Shown: in pieces, positions 30,348 to 37,428 of the stretch
Position numbering within the stretch: position 1 is the stretch's first letter
Layout of the letters: every line of letters begins with the position of its first letter
Source of the DNA: a virus
IMG/VR virus record: IMGVR_UViG_3300043331_001419
Span: 1 to 39,378 of that record
DNA: 39,378 bases
Strand: one strand, 5' to 3'
Notes under the pieces: model-generated
What the model was told of the DNA's origin: nothing
The model's database searches: none
What the model saw: the letters and a program-made list of their open reading frames with translations, nothing else
Position numbers and translations under genes: made by a program

Positions 30348-31702
30348 CGGCCGTCCCCCCAGGCGTTGACGCGGCGCGTGGCCGCGCGCGCGTAGCTGTC
30401 GCGGCCCGGGCCCGACCGGCGCATCGGGTCGAAGGCGCTCCGCGCGTGGCTCTGCCGCGGCCCGGCGTCGCCTGACCGCAGGCCCATCGCGAGGTAGCGG
30501 AAGGCGTCGGCCCCGTGGCTCGTCCAGTCGTGCAGCGGCCGGTCGGCGTAGCTCTGCGTCGCCGGATTCCACGCGCGCCGGTACTGGCTCAGCGCGTCGA
30601 CCAGGCGCCGCGTCTTGCCTTCGTCGAACCAGCACCGCGCGAACAGGCGCCGGGCGGCCTCGATGCCGGGCTCGACGTCGGCCTGGCCGAGCACACGCAC
30701 GCGCTTGCGACCCAGCTCGCGGAGCTGCTGCGCGAGCGTCTTGCCCGTGGCGAGCTGCTTGGCGCCGCCGTCGTGGGGCAGCACGTCCTCGCCCCACAGG
30801 TACGGGCGGCGGTCGAGCTCGCGCGCGTAGTGGGCGAGCTCCTGGCCGTGGTCCTCGAGGTAGTCGATCACGTGCACCTCGGTGCCGGCCTGCTGGACCA
30901 TCAGAATCGCGGTGGAATCCGAGATGCCGAGGTCCCAGAAGGTGTCGACGGGAAGCGCGGGCTGCCAGGGCACGGTGCGGATGCGGCCTTCGGCGCGCAC
31001 CTGCTCCATCTGCCGCGCGTAGTAGGCGCCCTGGATCGCCGCATCGAAGGAGCACTCGAACTCCTGGGCGTAGAGGTCCGGCCCCATCTCGTCGCGCGCG
31101 ATCGCCAGCTCGTCGGCCGCGACCACGCCCGTCTCGCTCGCGCGGTAGAGCATCGCCAGCACGTCGTCGCGCTCGCGCGCCTTCTCGTAAAGCTCGTGGA
31201 AGTGGTTGCGCCCGAGCGGCGTGCCAAGGAACACGGCGAAGCCCTGCCGGTCCACGAGCGTCGGCCGGATCACGGCCTGCCAGACCGAGGGGTTCATCAG
31301 CGCGTACTCGTCGAGCACGACGCCGTCGAGGTAGATGCCGCGCAGGCTGTCGGGGTTGTCGGCGCCGAGCAGCGTGATGCGCCGGTCGCCGGGCAGCTCC
31401 ACACGCAGCTCCGACTCGTGGAAGCGCGCGCCCTCGATCGGGCCGGCGAACTGGCGCATGTAGTCCCACGCGATCGCCTTGGCCTGCTTGTAGAGCGGCG
31501 CCATGTAGGCGTAGCGCGGCGAGGGGTGCGGGCACTCGATGGCCGACCGGATCAACTGGTTCACGGCCATCACAGACTTTCCAAAGCGTCGGTGGACGAC
31601 GACGACGGCGGCGCGGGGGCGCTGCCGCTCGAAGGCGTCGTGGAAGGCGCGCTGCAGGCGTCGGGGGGCGTAGGGGAGGGTGACGACGCGCTCGTGTCCC
31701 AT
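30344..31702 (-). CDS. terL: Terminase large subunit
   Basis: ORF track 452 aa. Walker A: VVHRRFGKS. Also ...ITLLGADNPDSLRGIYLDGVVLDEYA (Walker B-like) and a nuclease-half motif VDTFWDLGISDSTAI. Confidence 0.9.
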   Translation of the reverse strand: MGHERVVTLPYAPRRLQRAFHDAFERQRPRAAVVVVHRRFGKSVMAVNQLIRSAIECPHPSPRYAYMAPLYKQAKAIAWDYMRQFAGPIEGARFHESELRVELPGDRRITLLGADNPDSLRGIYLDGVVLDEYALMNPSVWQAVIRPTLVDRQGFAVFLGTPLGRNHFHELYEKARERDDVLAMLYRASETGVVAADELAIARDEMGPDLYAQEFECSFDAAIQGAYYARQMEQVRAEGRIRTVPWQPALPVDTFWDLGISDSTAILMVQQAGTEVHVIDYLEDHGQELAHYARELDRRPYLWGEDVLPHDGGAKQLATGKTLAQQLRELGRKRVRVLGQADVEPGIEAARRLFARCWFDEGKTRRLVDALSQYRRAWNPATQSYADRPLHDWTSHGADAFRYLAMGLRSGDAGPRQSHARSAFDPMRRSGPGRDSYARAATRRVNAWGDGR

Positions 31703-32004
31703 CGGATCACCAGCGGCCCGGCGAACTTCGCGGTGACGCGCACGCGCTTCTGGCCGCGCAGGCCGGCGAGCTCATACAGCGCCTTCGCGGCTTCGAGCCG
31801 CGTCACGTGATCGGGCGTTCCGTACTTCGGATGGTCGGCGTTGAGCGCTTCGCGGTGACGCCGCACCGCCCGGCGCAGATCGCGCGCCGTCAGCCCGGCG
31901 ATCCGGATCATGCGGTCGATCACCTGATCGCCGGTCACGATCCGCGCAGCCTTCCGTGGGCGGGCAGCAGACGGCGTCGAGGCAGACGCAGACGTTTCGG
32001 TCAT
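31570..32004 (-). CDS. Putative terminase small subunit / DNA-binding protein (144-aa ORF; last 133 nt overlap terL)
   Basis: ORF track. It sits immediately upstream of terL. Sequence: MTETSASASTPSAARPRKAARIVTGDQVIDRMIRIAGLTARDLRRAVRRHREAL... The Ser/Pro-rich tail lies in the terL overlap. Confidence 0.45.
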   Translation of the reverse strand: MTETSASASTPSAARPRKAARIVTGDQVIDRMIRIAGLTARDLRRAVRRHREALNADHPKYGTPDHVTRLEAAKALYELAGLRGQKRVRVTAKFAGPLVIRWDTSASSPSPTPPDACSAPSTTPSSGSAPAPPSSSSTDALESL

Positions 32005-32208
32005 CGGGCACGGGGCGGGACCGCGGCGGGGAGAGTTCGAGCGTCAGCCGCAGCGAGGGGCCGAGCGAGCGAGCCGAGCGACGCACCAATCAGAAGCGTC
32101 CTCACACCAGATGACGGCGTCCGTCCGCCGCGCGGCCGTCACAGCGCGCAGCGTCGACACGCCGACTCTACAACGAGGTCCGCGGGCGATCTGGTGCGGG
32201 CGGCTCAG

Positions 32209-32502
32209 CTACGAGCGTTGACGGTAAGTGTCAGCGGTAAATGTGGGGCGTCGGCCGTTTGGCTCTGGACGACATTTCACACGGGGCTCCGGTCGCGGGA
32301 TCAACGCATGGAGCGCCGCCATGTCCTGCTCGGTCAGCACCCGACGCCGCTGCGGCCCGCGGAGCTTCACGTACATCGGCTCCGAGAACTTCGCCGCGTG
32401 CGACGACAGCAGGTTCCAGATGGTCCGCCGTGAGCGCCCGAGCAGCAGCGCCGCGGCCTCCACGGTGAAGGCCTGCGCCCAGGGGTCATCGGCATCGCGC
32501 AC
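32209..32502 (-). CDS. HTH DNA-binding protein (97 aa) between attP and the packaging genes
   Basis: ORF track (GTG 32502). Sequence: FTVEAAALLLGRSRRTIWNLLSS. G/C third-position bias drops in the last ~25 codons. Confidence 0.6.
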   Translation of the reverse strand: MRDADDPWAQAFTVEAAALLLGRSRRTIWNLLSSHAAKFSEPMYVKLRGPQRRRVLTEQDMAALHALIPRPEPRVKCRPEPNGRRPTFTADTYRQRS

Positions 32503-32546
32503 CCGTCAAGTGTGCACGGATCGCGGCCGACAACGTGTATAGACAG

Positions 32547-32738
32547 TGACCCCAAACTGACCCCGGACGTCCAGATTCCGAGGTCGCGCAGGGGTCTTTC
32601 AGGGCAGGGGACGAGCCCGGAAACCCGCGCCAAGCGCGCTGTCGGGGTCCGTGCGAGACTGCCACCATGTACAACGGGGACACGATAGTTCCGCGGATTT
32701 CGCGGGTTTTCGAGGGTCACTGACCCCGGACTGACCCC
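32547..32738. mobile_element. Putative attP region flanked by two pairs of phased TGACCCC sites
   Basis: TGACCCC at 32547-32553 and 32558-32564, and again at 32721-32727 and 32732-32738 (11-bp phasing, same orientation). The second pair lies in the last codons of int. Lower-GC non-coding DNA sits between the pairs. Confidence 0.45.
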
Positions 32739-33880
32739 AGACGCGCCGCGAAGTCCACCACGTTCGTGCCCCGCCGCCGCTCCTCGCGGTACGCCTCGAG
32801 CGCACGCAGCGCCGCCCGCTTCTCGTCGACCGACACGTCGTCGTAGTCTTCGTGGATCGCGTCCGAGCGGTGCCCGACGATCGCCTTCGACACGAGCTTG
32901 TGCACACCGAGCAGGCGCAGGCCGTGCACGACCGCGCGTCGGCAATCGTGGATGCGCACGCCTGGCAGTCCGGCCTTCGCGCGCGCGACCTTCCAGCGCC
33001 CGCGGAAGCCGGCGGTGATGCGCCGGCCGTCCTTGTGAAACACCCACGGTGAATCGAGCCGCCGCTTGCCGCGCCGCGCCTGGATCACGCGCTGGATCGC
33101 GCCCTCAAGCGGCAACACGCGCGGGTCGTTGTTCTTCGTGTCCGGCAACCGGATCACGCCCTCGTCCCAATCGACGTACTCCCACCGCACCGACATGACC
33201 TCGTCGTACCGCCAACCCGAGGCGAACGTGAACTCGCCCAGCTCGCGGTAGATGTCGGGGTCGCCGTAGCGGAAGCCGCCGAGGTGCGCGGCGATGCGGT
33301 CGAACGCATCGACGTCGACACGCGCCTTGCGCGGCGTGGGGCGCTTGAGGCTCGGCACGTAGGGCAGGGGCTCCGTGAGCCGCCGTTGCCGGAGCGCGAC
33401 CTGGAGCGCGGCGCGCAGATGCGCCAGCTCGCGGCCCACCGTGCCGCGGCTGACCGTCGTCGCCTTCGCGCGCGGGCGCGGGCCACCCGTGAGCGCGAAC
33501 GAGTCGAGCCGCTGCGTGACGTAGGCGTTCAGGATCTCGACGTCACGCAGCTCGTCGACGCGCCGATGCCCAAGCGCGACGCGCACAGGGCGCAGGTGCG
33601 CCACGATGGTGTCGACGCGCTTGAGCTCCATCTGCTCGGCGCGCGCCACGTACCCGTCGAGCACGGCGGCGACCGTCAACGCCTCCGGGCGCTTCGTCTG
33701 TCCCGCGACGACGGCGCCGACACGCCGCATGAGCAGATCGCGCGCATCCTGGCGGGTGACGCGCGCCGCAGGCTTGCCGAGCGCCTCGGCGACCGACTCT
33801 TCCTTGCGCTCCCCGTTGATCCGGTAGCGGATCTGATAGCCGCCGCCCTTGCGCTTGCGAATCGACCCGACGCCGCGCAT
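32717..33880 (-). CDS. int: Tyrosine integrase
   Basis: ATG 33880 follows GGGAGGG. Sequence: MRGVGSIRKRKGGGYQIRYRINGERKEESV...; ...ASGWRYDEVMSVRWEYVDWDEGVIRLPDTKNNDPRVLPL...; ...RIHDCRRAVVHGL...GHRSDAIHEDY (R, HxxR and Y catalytic pattern). Confidence 0.9.
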   Translation of the reverse strand: MRGVGSIRKRKGGGYQIRYRINGERKEESVAEALGKPAARVTRQDARDLLMRRVGAVVAGQTKRPEALTVAAVLDGYVARAEQMELKRVDTIVAHLRPVRVALGHRRVDELRDVEILNAYVTQRLDSFALTGGPRPRAKATTVSRGTVGRELAHLRAALQVALRQRRLTEPLPYVPSLKRPTPRKARVDVDAFDRIAAHLGGFRYGDPDIYRELGEFTFASGWRYDEVMSVRWEYVDWDEGVIRLPDTKNNDPRVLPLEGAIQRVIQARRGKRRLDSPWVFHKDGRRITAGFRGRWKVARAKAGLPGVRIHDCRRAVVHGLRLLGVHKLVSKAIVGHRSDAIHEDYDDVSVDEKRAALRALEAYREERRRGTNVVDFAARLGSVRGQ

Positions 33881-33905
33881 CCGTGAGCCCTCCCGTGCTC
33901 CGGGT

Positions 33906-34286
33906 TCACCGCACGTCCCGACCGCGCTTATACACGAAGTCGGCGATGCGGCGCGGGTCAAAGACGAGGCGGTCGGTCCCGTTGTTGACCGTGAGCGCCC
34001 GGACGAACGGATCGCGCTGCACGAGCTTGCGCAGCGTCGCGGGCTTCATGCCGAGCCGTCGCGCGGCTTCGGCCAGCTCGATCAGCGCGCCGTCGTCCGC
34101 GACGGACCCGCTCGCCGGCGACGCGACCACGCGCGCCGCGAGCTGGACGATCAGTGCTGCCGCCTGGCTCGCGAGCGCCCCGCACACGGGCGCGGGCAGG
34201 CGCTCGATGAGCCGCGGATCGGCGGCGACCTCGGCGAGCGTGGGGACGGCGACGAGCGAGGCGCGCGGCTCGGCGATGGCGTTCAC
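33906..34286 (-). CDS. Excisionase-family HTH protein (126 aa)
   Basis: GTG 34286 forms a GTGA overlap with the small upstream ORF. C-terminus: LIELAEAARRLGMKPATLRKLVQRDPFVRALTVNNGTDRLVFDPRRIADFV. Confidence 0.65.
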   Translation of the reverse strand: MNAIAEPRASLVAVPTLAEVAADPRLIERLPAPVCGALASQAAALIVQLAARVVASPASGSVADDGALIELAEAARRLGMKPATLRKLVQRDPFVRALTVNNGTDRLVFDPRRIADFVYKRGRDVR

Positions 34287-34408
34287 GGCTCCGGCCCCCC
34301 GCCGACGTCCGCGAGGCGCTCGCCGAGCCACGACACGGTGATGGCGGGCAGCGCGAGCAGGGCGCCGAGCAGCATCAGCGCGCGGCCGAGGGCGCGGCGG
34401 ATCAGCAT
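34283..34408 (-). CDS. Possible 41-aa membrane peptide
   Basis: Hand translation: MLIRRALGRALMLLGALLALPAITVSWLGERLADVGGGPEP. ATG 34408. Its stop is coupled (GTGA) to the HTH gene. Confidence 0.4.
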   Translation of the reverse strand: MLIRRALGRALMLLGALLALPAITVSWLGERLADVGGGPEP

Positions 34409-34421
34409 GCGAGTTTTCCGC

Positions 34422-34449
34422 TTGACGCCAGTGGTGGCGGTGATATCAT
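34422..34449 (+). promoter_or_regulatory. Near-consensus sigma70 promoter TTGACG-16-TATCAT with operator-like palindromes
   Basis: TTGACG 34422-34427 and TATCAT 34444-34449. CGCCA-gtgg-TGGCG (34426-34439) lies in the spacer, and TGATATCA (34441-34448) overlaps the -10. The predicted start is near ATG 34456. Confidence 0.55.
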
Positions 34450-34455
34450 GAAGAC

Positions 34456-34920
34456 ATGGAGGGCATGATGATGGCGACGACGACGAACGCAGTCAGCGAG
34501 CGCGAGCGGTATCCCGATCATGCCGTGCGGTGCGATGGGTGCGGAGCGATCTGCGTCCGCGCGATGGTCAGTCGCCTCCGCTCCGCCGACGCTTCGACGC
34601 CCGACGGCATGACGGACGTGGCGTCGTACTTCGAGCCGACCCCGCGCTACGCCCCGATTGCGGGGCTGTCCACGCCCGGTCGCCTGACGTGGTGCTGCGA
34701 GTGCCACCGTGCAGGGTCGTATTGCCTGCCCGGCGACCACGACGCGCGCAAGCCCGGCGAGCGCGACGACCCGTCGGGCCTCATCCGCGTCCGTCCCGGC
34801 GAGCGCGCGCCGCGCTGCTTGTTCGAGGCCGGCGCCTACGGGCGCTGGAATGGTCGCACGTGCGCCCTCTCGGCGCGCGGCGTCCCCCACCACGCGATGC
34901 AGTGCCGCAAGGAGGGCTAG
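34456..34920 (+). CDS. Cys-rich hypothetical protein (about 150 aa), first gene of the antisense operon
   Basis: ORF track. Alternative ATGs at 34465, 34468 and 34471 follow GGAGGG (34458-34463). Motifs: RCDGCGAIC and TWCCECH. Confidence 0.65.
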   Translation: MEGMMMATTTNAVSERERYPDHAVRCDGCGAICVRAMVSRLRSADASTPDGMTDVASYFEPTPRYAPIAGLSTPGRLTWCCECHRAGSYCLPGDHDARKPGERDDPSGLIRVRPGERAPRCLFEAGAYGRWNGRTCALSARGVPHHAMQCRKEG

Positions 34921-34923
34921 GCG

Positions 34924-35172
34924 ATGGACGAGAGACTGGTCACGCAGACGTGGGCGGTGTGGGGTGTCGGCGCGTCGAGCGTGCGCTACATCCGCGAGGC
35001 AGACGACACGATCGCGGCGCGGCAGATCGCAGCGGCGCACGGGTTCGACGTCGACCAGGCCGAGGCGTGGGCCGTCGAGGTCGAGGCTGACGAGCACTCG
35101 CTGGACGCGCACACGCGGCACGATTCCGCCACGGTCGGATTCGCGGCGTTCCCATTCGACGTGGAGGGCTAG
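34924..35172 (+). CDS. Very acidic small protein (82 aa; 16 D/E vs 5 R, no K)
   Basis: ORF track. ATG 34924 follows AAGGAGGG. It is flanked on both sides by the identical 17-mer GGAGGGCTAGGCGATGG. Confidence 0.7.
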   Translation: MDERLVTQTWAVWGVGASSVRYIREADDTIAARQIAAAHGFDVDQAEAWAVEVEADEHSLDAHTRHDSATVGFAAFPFDVEG

Positions 35173-35175
35173 GCG

Positions 35176-35391
35176 ATGGCGACGAAGCCCCGCCGCCGCC
35201 CCGCCCCCGCCGACGACGCCGAGCGTCACGCGACGACGCTCCGGCTGCCGCCCGCCCTCGTGCGCGTCGCTGCGGTCGCCGCGGCGTCGCGACGCATGAG
35301 CCTCAACGCCTGGTTGATCGAGGCCGCGCGCGCCCACGCGCTGCACGCCGCCCAGCGCGACGCGAGCGTGCGTGCGGCGCTCGAGGCGTGA
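35176..35391 (+). CDS. Ribbon-helix-helix (CopG/Arc/HicB-C-like) DNA-binding protein (71 aa)
   Basis: ORF track. The basic N-terminal tail is followed by TTLRLPPALVRVAAVAAASRRMSLNAWLIEAARAHA, a beta-strand, helix, helix pattern. Confidence 0.7.
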   Translation: MATKPRRRPAPADDAERHATTLRLPPALVRVAAVAAASRRMSLNAWLIEAARAHALHAAQRDASVRAALEA

Positions 35392-35395
35392 CGCG

Positions 35396-35581
35396 GTGTC
35401 TGACCACGCGCTCATCGCGCTCATCGCCGTCGGCGGCTTCGCGCTCCAGATCACCGGCCTCGTCATCCTCGGTGTGTATCTCAGCGCCCAGCTCCGGCGC
35501 ACGACCGACATCGCGCGCGCCGTCGGCGGCCTCGTGATCCAGGAGACGGACAAGCTCCGCGCGCTCCTCGGGTCGCGCTGA
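35396..35581 (+). CDS. Small membrane protein (61 aa)
   Basis: Tail of ORF 35372..35581. GTG 35396 follows GAGG. Sequence: VSDHALIALIAVGGFALQITGLVILGVYLSAQLRR... Confidence 0.55.
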   Translation: MSDHALIALIAVGGFALQITGLVILGVYLSAQLRRTTDIARAVGGLVIQETDKLRALLGSR

Positions 35582-35582
35582 C

Positions 35583-35972
35583 TCACGGCGCCTCCACGTC
35601 GCGGCCTTCGGCTGCCGTCCACGTCGCGGGCTCGTCGGCCGTCGCGGCGCCGAGCGGCACGTCGACGGGCGGCGCCACGCGGGCGAGGGCGGCGCGGATT
35701 GTGTCGCACATGACCTTCGTGGTGGCCTCGTCGGACCCGGTGAGCGCCTTCCACTCCGCGCGCCTCTCCTCGGTCCAGTCGCCGCCGCCGTGGAACAGGA
35801 GCGGCAGCCGCAGCGCCGCCACGAGCGCGTCAATCACGGCCTCGCGACGATCATCCGCCGGCTCCCCTGAGAACAGGGCCACGCACTCGCGCGCTTGCAT
35901 CTCCGTGTGCTCTCCTGCCGGCCGGCGACACACCCGACACGGATACGTCTCGCCCGGCGTCGGCGCGCTCAT
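35583..35972 (-). CDS. Hypothetical protein (129 aa)
   Basis: ATG 35972 follows GGAAGGAGAG and is in an ATGA overlap. Sequence: MSAPTPGETYPCRVCRRPAGEHTEMQARECVALFSG... Confidence 0.65.
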   Translation of the reverse strand: MSAPTPGETYPCRVCRRPAGEHTEMQARECVALFSGEPADDRREAVIDALVAALRLPLLFHGGGDWTEERRAEWKALTGSDEATTKVMCDTIRAALARVAPPVDVPLGAATADEPATWTAAEGRDVEAP

Positions 35973-36418
35973 CGTGTCTCTCCTTCCACGCGGGCGAGGG
36001 CGGCGCAGGCCGCAGCGAGGGCGGCATCCAGTGCCTCTGCGCCGCACTCGCACTGCCAGTCGCCTTTCCACTGATCCGGTGACGCCGCGCGCGCCTTGGG
36101 GCATCGGCAGTCGTGTGCCGCCACACACGAGAACCGTCCCCGGTTGCCATCGCAGGCGTCGAACGCCTCGATTAACCGTCGCACCGCCGCCACGAGCGCG
36201 TCACGCTGGGCGGTCAGGGCGGCCACTTGTACCTGCCAGTACGTCTCAACTTCGTTCCGCCAGTCGTTCGCGTCACGGACGACGTACTCCGCCTTCTCCC
36301 GCTCGGCGGCGAGGGCGCGGGCGACGACGCGCACGAGCCCGTCCTCGGTGCGATGACGCAATCCCTCGTTCACGACATCACGCGCAGTTGCTAGGTCGTG
36401 TTCCGTCGGCTTACTCAT
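35969..36418 (-). CDS. Hypothetical protein (149 aa)
   Basis: ORF track full length. Sequence: MSKPTEHDLATARDVVNEGLRHRTEDGLVRVVARALAAEREKAEYVV... Confidence 0.7.
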   Translation of the reverse strand: MSKPTEHDLATARDVVNEGLRHRTEDGLVRVVARALAAEREKAEYVVRDANDWRNEVETYWQVQVAALTAQRDALVAAVRRLIEAFDACDGNRGRFSCVAAHDCRCPKARAASPDQWKGDWQCECGAEALDAALAAACAALARVEGETR

Positions 36419-36455
36419 CGCGCGGCCTCGGGCGGCTCCCCCATCCGCCCCTCCG

Positions 36456-36698
36456 TCATCGCGCGGCCTCGTCGACCGGCCAGCGCGGGCCGCACAGCAC
36501 GCGCGGCTCGCGCCGCTCGTTATGCGGATGCTGGTACGCGTCCCCGGGGTAGCTGAACGCCGGCGTCGGCCGCGTGTCGCAGGCGGCGCAGATCACGCGA
36601 TGGCAGCCCTGGCACTCGTCGTCGCGGCGACACGCGGGGCCGCCGCAGTGCTCGCAGGTCGCGTGCGGGAAGTGGCCGCAGACCTGGCAGCGGGTCAT
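36456..36698 (-). CDS. Four-CxxC zinc-finger protein (80 aa)
   Basis: ATG 36698 forms an ATGA overlap with the rusA stop. Sequence: MTRCQVCGHFPHATCEHCGGPACRRDDECQGCHRVICAACD... Confidence 0.65.
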   Translation of the reverse strand: MTRCQVCGHFPHATCEHCGGPACRRDDECQGCHRVICAACDTRPTPAFSYPGDAYQHPHNERREPRVLCGPRWPVDEAAR

Positions 36699-37171
36699 CG
36701 CTCGCCGCCGGCCGCCACGAGCGCCCCCTGCGCCGGCGCCACGCGCAGCGGCAGCGCGTGCGCCACGCGGATGTGGACGCCGGGCGACGCGCCGAACCGC
36801 TTGCTCACGCTGAGGTCGACGATCTGGGCGTCGTCGCGGTAGATCAGACCCGCCGCCGCGTCCATCACGCCCTTCGCGAGATTGTCGACGTCCCGCCGGT
36901 GCGCCATCGGGTACTCCACGCGCTTCGGCAGCGACGCCGGTCGCGGCAGCGTGAACGCGAGCGTCACGCACAGCGGCCCGTCCACCGGCGCCGGCGGCTT
37001 GTGCGCGACGAGCTGCGCCTCCACGGTCCTCTTCCAATCTTTGTCCTCGGCGCGCTCGTACACGGACGCCTTGACGACGCCGTTCGGCAGCCGGAACGCG
37101 CGCGCCCGCGGCCGCCCCTGCGGCACCGGCAGGCCGTACACGCGCACGTCGAGCACGACGGAAAAGGTCAC
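36695..37171 (-). CDS. rusA: RusA-family Holliday-junction resolvase
   Basis: GTG 37171 is in a GTGA overlap. Sequence: ...VYGLPVPQGRPRARAF...DKDWKRTVEAQ...GPLCVTLAFTLPRP...RRDVDNLAKGVMDAAAGLIYRDDAQIVDLSVSKRF. Confidence 0.85.
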   Translation of the reverse strand: MTFSVVLDVRVYGLPVPQGRPRARAFRLPNGVVKASVYERAEDKDWKRTVEAQLVAHKPPAPVDGPLCVTLAFTLPRPASLPKRVEYPMAHRRDVDNLAKGVMDAAAGLIYRDDAQIVDLSVSKRFGASPGVHIRVAHALPLRVAPAQGALVAAGGER

Positions 37172-37428
37172 GCTGGCTCTCTCGCCACGTACGCAGGCTC
37201 CCACTCAGGCGGCGAGCCGCCGCCAACGAAAATGGTGCTCGCGTAGCAGAGCTCGCCGCGCCGAATCTCCGTGCCGCACAGATCGCAGACGTACCCGGCC
37301 TTCGCGACGCCGCGGACGACACGCTCGTACTCGGGCGGCTCGCCGTGCGGGCCGACATCCGCGAACACCGTGCGGGTGCCGAGCGGTCGTCCCTTTCCGC
37401 ACGCTTCGCACAGGATTTGTCGTGTCAC
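37168..37428 (-). CDS. Zinc-ribbon protein (86 aa)
   Basis: ORF track (GTG 37428). Motifs: LCEACGKG and VCDLCGTE. Confidence 0.65.
   Translation of the reverse strand: MTRQILCEACGKGRPLGTRTVFADVGPHGEPPEYERVVRGVAKAGYVCDLCGTEIRRGELCYASTIFVGGGSPPEWEPAYVAREPA

Noticed and set aside
32691-32705. Hairpin CCGCG-GATTT-CGCGG in the attP gap as a possible tRNA T-arm remnant marking a tRNA integration site.
   Set aside because: The loop is 5 nt rather than 7, there is no GTTCGAATC-type sequence, and there is no acceptor-stem or CCA context. I found no tRNA-like structure elsewhere in the non-coding gaps.
35176-35581. Calling the RHH gene plus downstream gene a HicAB or other named type II TA pair.
   Set aside because: The downstream partner is a small hydrophobic membrane protein, not a HicA/RelE/ParE-like toxin. 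Only the RHH fold is recognisable, so no named family is asserted.
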